A DNA stretch of 64,000 bases from NCBI GenBank assembly GCA_039194325.1, contig JBCCWC010000007.1, positions 82,611 to 146,610 on the forward strand. The letters are read 5' to 3'. The stretch is from Myxococcota bacterium. Its GTDB lineage: Bacteria > Myxococcota_A > Polyangia > Nannocystales > Nannocystaceae. Positions 27,939-37,429 of the stretch are shown piece by piece; the first letter of the stretch is position 1, and the number at the start of each line of letters is the position of its first letter. Below the pieces are notes generated by a model. The model saw nothing but the letters and a program-made list of their open reading frames with translations. It made no database searches and was not told the origin of the DNA. The position numbers and the translations under genes were made by a program.

Positions 27939-29453
27939 TCAGGCCAGCACGGCGGACATGTCCCGGCGGCCCGCGAAATCCACGTCGAGGGCCTGGGCGA
28001 TGAGGCTATAGATGTCCTCCTCGCGCATCTGAGTCCCCGGCCGGGGCTCTCCGGTGGTGCGATCGAAGCCGTAGGTCAGCAGCGTGGCCGGATCGACCCC
28101 ACCGAACACCCGGTTGCCGACCAGCCGCGGCGACAGCAGGACGGAGCCGTTGTTGACGTGGTGCCCGGTGCCGAACTGCTCGCCGCCGGTGCTGCGGATC
28201 TTGTCACGACCGAAGTCGGTGGCAATGTAGATCAGGCTGCGATCCCACATCTTGCCGAGCGCCGGATCGCCGAGGTAGTCGTGACTACGCAGCAGGGTGA
28301 TGAGCCCGTCGACGAGCGCGAGCACGCGGCCCCACATCACGTTCTGGGTGGCGCGGTGATAGGTGTGGGAGAAATCGAAGGCGAGCGGAGCGTCGACGAT
28401 CGACTCGCCCTCGAACGAAGGGTTGAGCGACAGCGAGATCGTCGACGCGCAGCTGAGGCCATGACGCGCCAGCAAGAAGGCCATCGCGCCGCGCTGCTGC
28501 CACTGGTCCTTGTCGAGCTTGGGGAAGACCGCGCGCAGCTCCTCGCTCAGGGCGCTCGGGTTCAAGCCGAGCTCCTCGATCGTCGAGGTGCCCGGCAGCA
28601 ACATCAAGGTCTCGATGGCGTCCTCGGCCTCGAGCCGCATGGCCACGTCGTCGCGCGTGCCGAAGTAGCGCTGCAGCTGCTGCGCGTCGCGAAAGGTCTG
28701 ACCAAAGGGAGAGCGACGATCGAGCTCGGCCCGGATCCGACGCGCACGCGAGACCGCGGCGGAGGGCGGAGCGCCCGCGAGACCGCGGCTGCCGTGCGTG
28801 GACATGGCGAAGGTGAGGGGATTGCCGATGAGCTCGGCGCGAGCAAAGGAAGGCAGGCTCGCGTCGTCGCCGGGCTCGACGAAGCCGTCGAAGGCCATGG
28901 TGCAGTTGGCCAGGGGCAGCCCCTCGCCGTGGCGCGCGGCCACGGCCTCGGCGATCGTCCGGCCGCCATGGATCCCGGCCCCGTTTACAGAGCGCTTCTG
29001 GGCCACGATATGGTTGACCGAGGTGACCTCGTGAGCGACCACCGTGAGCTCCTCGTGGTACTTGGCCACGAACTGCTCGATCGAGTAGTCCGAGCCCAAG
29101 AACAAGGTGTCTTGGAGGGGCCCCACGCAGCGGATCGCGCTGCCCGGAGGCTGGACGAGCTGCTCGGGCTCGTAGGCAGCGGTCGAGCCCGGCTCGATCC
29201 CGGACGGAAGCTCGGCCGTGGAGACGGGCATGAAGCTGTCGATGATGCTCGCGCCCCCCGTTGCACACACGACAAAGAGCAGGCGCCGGTCGGCGACGTC
29301 GGCCGCAGCGCGAGGGTGTAGCGGCCGGGCGCGTGCACGACGGGTCAGCGGCGAAGCGGCGCTCAGGCCGAGCATCGACAGCCCCGCGGACGCGCCGAAG
29401 AGCAGCCCACGTCGGGAAAGAAGGGGATCTCGAGAGTGAGAAGGCTTGGACAT
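27939..29453 (-). CDS. DUF1501-like Tat-exported protein
   Basis: Tat motif SRRGLL; ATGGAS..DSF, FDFSH, IATDFGR. Confidence 0.8.
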   Translation of the reverse strand: MSKPSHSRDPLLSRRGLLFGASAGLSMLGLSAASPLTRRARARPLHPRAAADVADRRLLFVVCATGGASIIDSFMPVSTAELPSGIEPGSTAAYEPEQLVQPPGSAIRCVGPLQDTLFLGSDYSIEQFVAKYHEELTVVAHEVTSVNHIVAQKRSVNGAGIHGGRTIAEAVAARHGEGLPLANCTMAFDGFVEPGDDASLPSFARAELIGNPLTFAMSTHGSRGLAGAPPSAAVSRARRIRAELDRRSPFGQTFRDAQQLQRYFGTRDDVAMRLEAEDAIETLMLLPGTSTIEELGLNPSALSEELRAVFPKLDKDQWQQRGAMAFLLARHGLSCASTISLSLNPSFEGESIVDAPLAFDFSHTYHRATQNVMWGRVLALVDGLITLLRSHDYLGDPALGKMWDRSLIYIATDFGRDKIRSTGGEQFGTGHHVNNGSVLLSPRLVGNRVFGGVDPATLLTYGFDRTTGEPRPGTQMREEDIYSLIAQALDVDFAGRRDMSAVLA

Positions 29454-29467
29454 GGTGGTGACTCCAG

Positions 29468-30112
29468 CTAGATGAACAAGAACTCGGCGCTCGTGACGAC
29501 CACGAAGCAGCTCAGGTGAGCGAAACGATCCGCGCCGACCCGCTCGCCGGCGTCGTCGACCAGAAGCTCGGCATGAAGCTCGAGCTCTTCGGGCGTGGGC
29601 TCGCGACCCAGCAAGCGACGGTAGAGCGTGACCACCGTCTGCTCGAACGCAGGCGCGTCCGCCGAGGGGGCCTCACCATCGAGCGCGAGGGTGGTGAACA
29701 CCACGGGCGCCTGACGATCGAGCTGCACGCGGCGACCACAGGCCGCGAGGGCGACGCGGTCGAGGGCCAGCGGTGTGGTAGTGAGGGGCTCCGCGATCGG
29801 CTCGTACAGGCCCTGAGCTATCGGATCATGGCCACCGAGGCTGGCCTGGTGCACGTCGTTGATGCAATCGAGCTCTCCGAGCTCGGTGCACAACTCAGTG
29901 GGTTCTAGCTCGAGAGCGCGGACCAGATCTTGGGTGAGGGCGTGCTGGCGCTTCCAGATCAGCCGGTTGCGCGTCGAGGCGGTCGACAGATCCGGATCGC
30001 CGTCGTCCGACGAGGATCCCGGGCAACCACCGACGAGCAGGGCGCTCACCAGCAGGGCGGATCGCGGACCCCGACGGGCCCGAACGAGGGTTGACAGGGG
30101 CATGCGCGTCAT
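29468..30112 (-). CDS. Lipoprotein, hypothetical (DUF1501-cluster partner)
   Basis: Lipobox VGG-C; LYRRLLGREPTPEE and C-terminal SAEFLFI; ATGA overlap with the upstream gene. Confidence 0.75.
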   Translation of the reverse strand: MTRMPLSTLVRARRGPRSALLVSALLVGGCPGSSSDDGDPDLSTASTRNRLIWKRQHALTQDLVRALELEPTELCTELGELDCINDVHQASLGGHDPIAQGLYEPIAEPLTTTPLALDRVALAACGRRVQLDRQAPVVFTTLALDGEAPSADAPAFEQTVVTLYRRLLGREPTPEELELHAELLVDDAGERVGADRFAHLSCFVVVTSAEFLFI

Positions 30113-31584
30113 GGGGCTCCAAAGGCGTCGGTATCGACGATGCGGTGGATGAGACGGTTGGCCGAGTAGCCGTCGGTGAGCAGGCTATCGGTGAGCTCGG
30201 CAAGCTCGGCGTACTCGCCCGGACCCAAGTGGCGGTCCAGGGCGTGGGACAAGAAGGTCTCAGCCATGGTGCGGCGGAAGTTTGGCGACTCGGCGGCGAC
30301 GGCGGCCCACTGCACGACGTCGTCGACGGGCTGCCCGAGCACTACGCTGCGCTGCTGCTGCGGATCCCAGCCTTCGATCATGTTCATGGGACGCTCGGGC
30401 AGGTACGTGCCCCCCGAGCCGGGTAGCATGCTCTCGAGGCCGACGTAGTACGCAAAGGCGTAGGCCAGGGGATCGAGCGTCGTGTGACACTGGGCGCAGG
30501 CCGGCGCGGCGACCCCTTTGTTGTCGATGTCGACCGGCTCGCCGGGCACGGGGAGGATCCCCTCGTCCCGGGACAGATCCATGCCCAGGTAGGACCGATA
30601 GGCCTGGGCCGCCGTGGTCCGCGGAAGTCCGCTGAACATGGTGTTGAGCACGATGAACCACTGCGTGGTGATCATCCCCGCGCGGTGCTCCGGGGCGAGG
30701 GGCTGCCCCCCGTTGAAAAAACCCGGCGCGATCTCGATGTCGGGCATGATGGCGCCCTCTACGGGCATCAGACCGCCGGAGCCGTCGTCGACCACGTGGT
30801 ACTGCGCGGTGAGGAGCTCGCGCATGTCCCGGTCGTCGGTCAGCACGTAGCGCCACAGCCGGTAGTCCCACTCGTAGTCGGCGAGCACGCTCCGCGCCGG
30901 GCCTAGCTGCACCTGGCTGTCGGGGCCCAGGGCCAGCACCGGTCGGATCCGGCGGTCGGCGAGGCGACTCAGGCCCGCGTGGCGCCAGTACTCGGAATCG
31001 AGGCAAGCCGAGAGCACACTATGCACCTGCTCGCGCTGCGCATCGACATCGAGGGCCGCGAGCTCGGTGCGCGTCTCGAAGCTCGCCGAGTGCCCGCAGT
31101 AGAGCACCGACACTCGCTGGAGAGCAAAAGCGGCGTCGTATCCACCTAGGCGATACCAGGGGTTGTCGTCTGCGGTTGGGGGCTTCGGCGGGCTCCATAG
31201 CGAGTCAGGATTGCCAGGGTTGGTCCCCAGCTGCAGCTCGTCGAGGTTGGGCACCCCGTCGCCGTCCGCGTCTTCGAGCTCGATCGCCCGCAAGGCCGCG
31301 CCGAGCTGCTGGTCGAAATCTCCGCCGGACGCTCCATCGTGTAGCGCTGCCATCACCGACGCACCGTAGGCATTCCAGCTCGGCGGATCGGTGGAGTCGT
31401 GGCAGGTCGCGCAGGTGACCAGCCGACCGGAACAATCGGGGCTCTCGGGGTAGACCTCGCACATGCGCTCGGGCCCCGTAGGACGAGCGTGAGCCGGCGT
31501 AGGGTTGGCGAGCGCACTCAGCCCGAGGGCGCTGCCTATCATGGAACGTCGCAATGCACGACGCGTGTCACTCGTGATCTGCAT
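30109..31584 (-). CDS. Secreted di-heme c-type cytochrome-like protein
   Basis: Signal peptide AHA; CATCH and CAQCH; Ca-binding-like DADGDG. Confidence 0.8.
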   Translation of the reverse strand: MQITSDTRRALRRSMIGSALGLSALANPTPAHARPTGPERMCEVYPESPDCSGRLVTCATCHDSTDPPSWNAYGASVMAALHDGASGGDFDQQLGAALRAIELEDADGDGVPNLDELQLGTNPGNPDSLWSPPKPPTADDNPWYRLGGYDAAFALQRVSVLYCGHSASFETRTELAALDVDAQREQVHSVLSACLDSEYWRHAGLSRLADRRIRPVLALGPDSQVQLGPARSVLADYEWDYRLWRYVLTDDRDMRELLTAQYHVVDDGSGGLMPVEGAIMPDIEIAPGFFNGGQPLAPEHRAGMITTQWFIVLNTMFSGLPRTTAAQAYRSYLGMDLSRDEGILPVPGEPVDIDNKGVAAPACAQCHTTLDPLAYAFAYYVGLESMLPGSGGTYLPERPMNMIEGWDPQQQRSVVLGQPVDDVVQWAAVAAESPNFRRTMAETFLSHALDRHLGPGEYAELAELTDSLLTDGYSANRLIHRIVDTDAFGAP

Positions 31585-31609
31585 CGAGTCCTCTCTTTAG
31601 TTCGTCACA

Positions 31610-31677
31610 CCATCACCTCGCCACGACGAGGCCATTACTTCGCGCGCGGCGAGGCCATCACCTCGCCCATGACGAGG
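31610..31677. repeat. Three 22-23 bp tandem units, each a small hairpin
   Basis: CCATCACCTCGCC..GACGAGG-like units with C(C/T)TCG/CGAGG stems. Confidence 0.6.
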
Positions 31678-31781
31678 CATTCGGACGAGGTCCACCTCGC
31701 CCGCTCGACTATTCGGATGGGAGTTGATCTCGACCGCGCCGCCTATTCGCGGGCGGGGTCATGGTCGCCAGCGATCGCCGC

Positions 31782-32717
31782 TCACAGCCGCAGCTGCTGT
31801 CGGGCCTCCTGAAGATCCATGGTCATCAGCGGCCGATAGTCCCAGCCCTCATCCAGCGGTCGCACGTTCGCGTTGTAGCCACGCTGCGCCGCGGCCCACA
31901 CTTGGCGTAGATCGAAGGCATGGCGCGTGGGCACGGTAAAAGATGGACCCACCCGCAACCCCAGCTCGAAGGTGGTCAACACCGCCAGGATCCACGCCGG
32001 CCAGCCGGGGTAGAGCATCCCGGCGTAGAAGCCCGCGACCTTGCACTCTCCGGCCGGATCAGTGTCGTAGCCGGTGAGCGTGTGCATGAGATCGTGATGG
32101 ATCGCCGCCTCCAGCAGACCACCGGGCTCTCCTGGCAGGGGGATCTGGCGCTCGGTCAGGTGCGTGCAAAAGGCTCGGCCCACGCTGCCATCGGGGAGCT
32201 GCCCGAACGCGGCGAAACGCTGCGCCAGTACGGGATCGGCCTTGGTCCGACCGGTCATCGAACGAATGATGTCGATGACGACCAGCGGCCCTCGCTGCCG
32301 CCAGGCGTCCTGGAGCAGCCGGCGCCCGTCGGGAGCCCGCCGCGCCAGGGCCATCGAGATCCGGTGACCCCGACCCCGAGCGGCGTGACGAAGGGCCTGG
32401 GTCCACACCCGATCCGTACCCATGACCGCGGCATAGGCCGAGACACGCTCAGCATCGGCCACCGAAAGCCCGTCGGACTTGAGGCACGCGGTCACCATCA
32501 AGGCGACCAGCGCCACCTCGGCCCACGGACTACCGCAAAACACGGCGAAGTCTTCGGGCTGCCCCTGCTCTGGCCAGGGCCCGAGGACCTCCTGCGCGAG
32601 GGCCAGCGCGTCTTGGGCTCGGGGCCCCGGCTCGTCGGCCACGAGGTCACGAACGCCGGCGACCAGCGCCCGGCGCTGCTCGACCGACCAACCGGTGAGT
32701 TTGGCTTGATCCATCAT
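31782..32717 (-). CDS. Coq4-like protein
   Basis: LPDGSVGRAF and HDLMHTLTGYDTDPAGE (HDxxH-x11-E). Confidence 0.8.
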   Translation of the reverse strand: MMDQAKLTGWSVEQRRALVAGVRDLVADEPGPRAQDALALAQEVLGPWPEQGQPEDFAVFCGSPWAEVALVALMVTACLKSDGLSVADAERVSAYAAVMGTDRVWTQALRHAARGRGHRISMALARRAPDGRRLLQDAWRQRGPLVVIDIIRSMTGRTKADPVLAQRFAAFGQLPDGSVGRAFCTHLTERQIPLPGEPGGLLEAAIHHDLMHTLTGYDTDPAGECKVAGFYAGMLYPGWPAWILAVLTTFELGLRVGPSFTVPTRHAFDLRQVWAAAQRGYNANVRPLDEGWDYRPLMTMDLQEARQQLRL

Positions 32718-33313
32718 GATGCTTCCTCCGGCGCTATGCCGTGCAACAACAACTCCACAGTGACAGCGGCCTGCGCCTGGCGAGCGGCGTCGTCCAGGCG
32801 TTCCTGGGCCACGTAGGCGAGCAGCGCCCGCGCCTGTAGGCTCCCAATGAACATCATGGCCACGTGCCTGGGCTCGACGTCGCGGATGAGCCCCGCCGCC
32901 CGAGCCCGCGCGAAGAAAGCGATCATCGCGTCGCCCCCTCGGTCGTGAGGGAGCGTCACCCCATCGGCCATCGCCTGCCGAACCTGCTGGTCGGCCATCC
33001 GCATGGTGATCATGCTCGGCACCGCCTGCTCCAGCACCTCGAGGCCGGTCACCGCAATCTCCCGCAGCTGCTCGTCGAAGGGTCGGTCGTCGGGGCCCGC
33101 CTCGAGCTGGGCGATCGACTCCTCCAGCCCCCTGGGTGAGAGCGCACGGATCATCAGCGCGCGCTTGCTGCCAAAACGCTGCGAGAGCGCGGGCTGAGAC
33201 AAACCAAGACGGGTCGCAATGGCGCTCAGGGACGCGCCGGGACCCTGCTCGACGAACACCTCGCGAGCGACCGCGAGGATCTCCTCGTCCGAGTATCGGG
33301 AGGGTCGGACCAT
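32714..33313 (-). CDS. TetR/AcrR-family regulator
   Basis: ILAVAREVFVEQG...LGLSQPALSQRFGSKRAL; ATGA overlap with the Coq4-like gene. Confidence 0.92.
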   Translation of the reverse strand: MVRPSRYSDEEILAVAREVFVEQGPGASLSAIATRLGLSQPALSQRFGSKRALMIRALSPRGLEESIAQLEAGPDDRPFDEQLREIAVTGLEVLEQAVPSMITMRMADQQVRQAMADGVTLPHDRGGDAMIAFFARARAAGLIRDVEPRHVAMMFIGSLQARALLAYVAQERLDDAARQAQAAVTVELLLHGIAPEEAS

Positions 33314-33402
33314 CGTGGTTAGTTATGAATCAATCAATAATATTCAGCAACCGGAAATTTGGAGAACTTTCCAAAAGCGCTAAATGCGCTGATCTGTCTC
33401 GC

Positions 33403-34545
33403 TCAGCCCTCGGCCCCCGCGCTTCGCAGCATCTGCGCGAGTTCCTCGTGCCCTTGGTCGACGGCGACGTCCAACGCCGAGCGACCGTCGGGCGCGCGGG
33501 CGTTCACCGAGACGCCCGCGTCTAGCAGTCGCTGGACGATGTCCGCTCGGTTGCGGAAGGCGGCCCATAGGAGCGGACCCGTCCGAGGGTCGAGCGTCGC
33601 GGCCCGTTCCTTCCGTCGCCGCCCCTCGGCGCGCTTGGCCTCGGCACGCTGACGGTGCTCACCGGAGACGTGCGGAAGTAGTTGATCGACGACCGCCTCG
33701 TGACCTTGCTCGGCCGCAAGCTCGATGGCGCTTGAGCCCCAACGATCCACCGAGTCCAGCGAGACACCGCGCTCGAGCAGCACCGCGATCGCATCCTGAG
33801 CCCCCACGAACGCGGCGTCGTGAATAGCCCGGCGACGATGAGCTCCGTACGCATCGATATCCGCACCGCGATCCAGCAGCAGCGCCACCATCGGCGCATC
33901 ATTGGCCTCGGCCGCTATGGCCAACGGCGCGAAATTCCTGCGATCGTCCTCGATAGGACAGCCTGCGTCCAATAGCATCGAGACCAACGTCCGGTCCCCG
34001 GAGATTACCGACATCTGCACCAGGTAACAGTAAAGCGGCCCCGAGCCATGCTCAGCGAGCAAAGCACGTACTCGCGCATGGTCCTGTCGACGGATGGCGT
34101 CCCTCATCTCATCCAGTCGCGCGAAACACAGCTCCCGGTTGTTCTCGCTCGTCCACCGATCACGGATCCGCTGCACGATCGCCGCGTCACCGTCGGCCAG
34201 CGAGACCCGCAGGAGCCCGTTGTCCATGTGGTGCTCGGCCATCCCCGACTGAAGCTCGCTATACTCCACGACGATCCAGCCCTCTTGCTGCCACCGCTCC
34301 AGGCGGCGGCGACACTCGTCCAGGGCCTTGCCCAACTTGCCGAACGAGCTCGACGTGCCTCCGTCCAGGGAAGGGCGCGCGCACGAGTCGCCTCCGGCCA
34401 GCAGCTCTGACGCCAGCCCCTCGATCTCGGTCACGCGGCGCTTCTCGAGGCGAAGCCGTCGTAGGCGAAGCTGGCCCCCGGTGTCGTGGAGCAGCAACCA
34501 GTCGCCGGCCGTAAGCCGCTCGCCTGGCTGGTGAGATCTGGGCAC
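33403..34545 (-). CDS. Ankyrin-repeat protein with WGR-like N-terminus
   Basis: PLAIAA...LLDRGADID, AIHDAA, AIELAAEQGH, ALDVAVDQGH; GTG 34545 avoids overlap with the divergent gene. Confidence 0.85.
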   Translation of the reverse strand: MPRSHQPGERLTAGDWLLLHDTGGQLRLRRLRLEKRRVTEIEGLASELLAGGDSCARPSLDGGTSSSFGKLGKALDECRRRLERWQQEGWIVVEYSELQSGMAEHHMDNGLLRVSLADGDAAIVQRIRDRWTSENNRELCFARLDEMRDAIRRQDHARVRALLAEHGSGPLYCYLVQMSVISGDRTLVSMLLDAGCPIEDDRRNFAPLAIAAEANDAPMVALLLDRGADIDAYGAHRRRAIHDAAFVGAQDAIAVLLERGVSLDSVDRWGSSAIELAAEQGHEAVVDQLLPHVSGEHRQRAEAKRAEGRRRKERAATLDPRTGPLLWAAFRNRADIVQRLLDAGVSVNARAPDGRSALDVAVDQGHEELAQMLRSAGAEG

Positions 34546-34570
34546 GGGTCCATGGTAGATCAATGTCGCG

Positions 34571-35074
34571 GTGAGCCAGAACTTCGTCATCGAGCTCGAG
34601 CGTCGAACTCGGCGCGGCTGGGAATACGTGCGATGGGATCTTCCGCCGGTCGATGACGAAATTTCGACCCAACGCTTGGATCCTCGCGCGTTCTACGATC
34701 GGATCTTCTTCTACGCTATGTCCTCGATCGAGCACCGCATCGATCCCAGCGACTGCCCCAAGCCGCTGGTCACCCGGCCGCGGGGTATACCGACCGATCT
34801 CTCGCCCGGCCTGGCCAACGTCGAAGAGGACGAGATCTACGTGCTCCACTGGCTGTACCCCAGCGAGGTGCTGCTGTACGACTGGGGCGCCTACGAACGC
34901 TTCATGGACGAGCAGATCCGCCAGTTCGAGCAACGCTACGAGCGACGCAATGGCCGGCCTCCCCCCGCTCGCCGCCCTCTTCGCGCAGGGCACCATGCGC
35001 CGGTCGAGTTCCTCGATGTCGTCGCCGCGCTCGACCCCCTCGACGACCATCGCCTGATCTTCGGCTTGGAGTGA
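34571..35074 (+). CDS. Hypothetical protein resembling a phage-associated family
   Basis: PRGIPTDLS...HWLYPSEVLLYDW...HRLIFG pattern. Confidence 0.7.
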   Translation: MSQNFVIELERRTRRGWEYVRWDLPPVDDEISTQRLDPRAFYDRIFFYAMSSIEHRIDPSDCPKPLVTRPRGIPTDLSPGLANVEEDEIYVLHWLYPSEVLLYDWGAYERFMDEQIRQFEQRYERRNGRPPPARRPLRAGHHAPVEFLDVVAALDPLDDHRLIFGLE

Positions 35075-35114
35075 GCGCTCGCCACACCCGCCCGCGCCGC
35101 ACTACCATGCGCGC

Positions 35115-36098
35115 ATGGGCGGCAACCTCTTCAAGCTCGGCCGTAAGCCCCGCGACGAGTACCTGAGCATCGAGGCCGAGGTGCGACGCTTCCTCGACGA
35201 CCTCATCCCCGACGGGTACCGGATCCCCCGCTACTACGCGAGCAAGCCCGACTTCGGCGACATGGACGTGGTGGTCTCGACCGCGGCCGTGCAGGCCATC
35301 GGCGGGGGCGAGGCGTTTCGGGCCGCGATCGTCGAAGGGCTGGAGATCGCCCAGACCAAGAACGTGGGTCACGTCTACTCCACCGCGTTCCGCGATCTTC
35401 AGGTCGACTACTTCACCCGGCCCGCGGAGGTGTTCGAGGCAACCTATCACTACCTGTCGTTCAACGATCTAGGCAACATCATCGGCAAGATCTGCAAGCG
35501 GCTCGGGCTCAAGTATGGAGAAGACGGCCTGAGCTACGTGTTTCGCCGCCCCTCGCAGCCGAGCTACAAGAAGTCGCTGCTGGTCAGCCGCGACTGGCCT
35601 CGGGTCCTGACCTTCCTGGGGCTCGACGTGGCCGCCTGGGAGGCCGGCTTCGACACCCTGGAGGAGATCTTCGCCTGGGCCGTGGCGTGCCCGTGGTTCT
35701 CGGTGGCGCCCTACGACGATCGCGACCGGACGACCGAGCAACGCGCCCGCCGGCGCCAGACGATGGCCCGCTTCATCGAGTGGCTCGCGCAGGAAGGGAT
35801 CGACAAGCGCTGCGAGTACCAACCGGAGCGCGACGCCTACGTGCCCCAGATCGCCGCGGCCTTTCCCGAGGCCCAGCTCGAGGCGGCGCTGGCCCACGAG
35901 CGCGAGCAAGAGGCCAAGGTCATCGCCCTGCGCGAGAAGTTCAGCGGCGACCTCGTGCGCACGTGGACCGGCCTGGACGGCAAGGCGCTGGGTGCCTTCA
36001 TGCGACGCTTTCGAAAGGCGCACTCGCAAGAGGAGCTGCTCGCCATGTCACCGGCGGCGATCCGAGCGGTGGTGGAAGGGTTTTCGTGGGAGGAATAG
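35115..36098 (+). CDS. Pol-beta/PolX-superfamily nucleotidyltransferase (phage-type)
   Basis: MGGN start, KPDFGDMDV, LQVDY, SFNDLGNIIG..RLGLKYGEDGL; tail FSGDLV..TGLDGKALG. Confidence 0.8.
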   Translation: MGGNLFKLGRKPRDEYLSIEAEVRRFLDDLIPDGYRIPRYYASKPDFGDMDVVVSTAAVQAIGGGEAFRAAIVEGLEIAQTKNVGHVYSTAFRDLQVDYFTRPAEVFEATYHYLSFNDLGNIIGKICKRLGLKYGEDGLSYVFRRPSQPSYKKSLLVSRDWPRVLTFLGLDVAAWEAGFDTLEEIFAWAVACPWFSVAPYDDRDRTTEQRARRRQTMARFIEWLAQEGIDKRCEYQPERDAYVPQIAAAFPEAQLEAALAHEREQEAKVIALREKFSGDLVRTWTGLDGKALGAFMRRFRKAHSQEELLAMSPAAIRAVVEGFSWEE

Positions 36099-36153
36099 AG
36101 CGGGAGGCCGTTGGGAGATCGACCGAACAAAATGAGCAACCAAGGTCGGGGAC

Positions 36154-36510
36154 TTGGAGCGGTTTGCCTGGTTCGCGGACAATACCGGCGCCGCAGAGCG
36201 AGGTACCGTGAACGCCCGGGTGCACGCGGTGGTGACCAAGGGGGCCAATCCGTGGGGGCTCTACGATGTGCACGGCAACGTGTGGGAGTGGACCCTCGAT
36301 GCCTATGCGCCTTATGCAATCCGTGCTCGTGCTCGTGCTCGTGCTCGTGATGGCCTGAGAAAGAAACCGGTCGGCGATGTCAGCCGAGTGTTTCGCGGTG
36401 GCGGCTTCAATGACTCCGGTCGCCTCGCACGCTCGGCCTTCCGCCTGCGGGGCGACCCCCACGTCGGCTACCACTTCGTGGGATTTCGACCCGCTCGAGC
36501 GATCCGCTGA
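36154..36510 (+). pseudogene. FGE-sulfatase (SUMF1/EgtB-like) domain, C-terminal fragment
   Basis: ANPWGLYDVHGNVWEW, RVFRGGGF, RSAFR, VGFR; N-terminal half missing; (CGTGCT)4 expansion at 36322-36349. Confidence 0.8.
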
Positions 36511-36957
36511 CCTCCTCGACCCGACTTCGGCGCCATTGGACGTGGTGTCTCGAGCCCGGCTGTGCAGGCCATCGACGAGCGCGAGGCGCCTCGAGCAGCA
36601 ATCGTGGGGGCGCGGAGATCATCCAGATCAAGAGCGTGGATCGGCGACGTTTCGGCACACTCCCGGTCATCCATGGCTACGAATGTCGCCATCGTCGGAC
36701 TGGCTCATGTTGTTGCTGCGATCGTCGATCCATCAGTCGCCAGACCGTAATTCATGCATATCGGATCGATCGGGTGAATATTCCACGCCGAGGTCGTCAC
36801 TCCCCGATTGTAGACGGGAGCCGATGGGAGCGGGCCTCCTCCGAGCAGGAGGAACCCCAGATGGCCCCCGAGCGAACCCCAGCGCCCACGCGCAGCTTGA
36901 CGGAGAATTCCAATGTCCAACGACGCTTGCTCCAGTTCGGTTCACAAGGGGGACTCC

Positions 36958-37304
36958 ATGCCTTTCGCGCTCCGCGCATCGTGCCTCCACAAGCTGTTCG
37001 CCGCGCAGGTCGAGCGCATCCCAGACGGCGCGGCGCTCGGATCCGAGAGTCGAACGCTCGATTCTCGGAAGACGGTGCGTTCCCCGTGGTGCTGACCACC
37101 GAGCCACCGCCCCCGCTGCCCCTCGCCCCCGCTGCCCTCATGGATACGAGGTGCCCGAGAGGCGAAGCCGGCGAACTCGCCGCCCACCGGCGGGTCGAGA
37201 TTCGCGGCGATCATCCGAGGACTCGCGTGCTCGGCGCTCAGCACTCCGCACGCACCACTCCGCACTCACCATGCGGGCTGCCCACCGCCGAGCTCGAAGC
37301 GTAG
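36958..37304 (+). pseudogene. Heavily eroded NRPS adenylation-domain relic
   Basis: CLHKLFAAQVERIPDGAAL, then in another frame EDGAFPVVLTT, CPRGEAGEL, VEIRG in A-domain order. Confidence 0.6.
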
Positions 37305-37429
37305 TCTCTGTTACACTTTTTCATTGATGCTTATCCTACAACTTCATACCCTCAAATCCATACCCTACGCGGGAGCGCGACCGACCGCGTATATGGGGGT
37401 TTCCCTGAGGTAGCCTCTCGTGGATCGCG

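Noticed and set aside
27909..29321. 470-aa plus-strand ORF
   Set aside because: Antisense shadow of the DUF1501-like gene, typical of high-GC DNA
36154..36510. Diversity-generating retroelement
   Set aside because: No reverse transcriptase and no second near-identical copy of the region in the window
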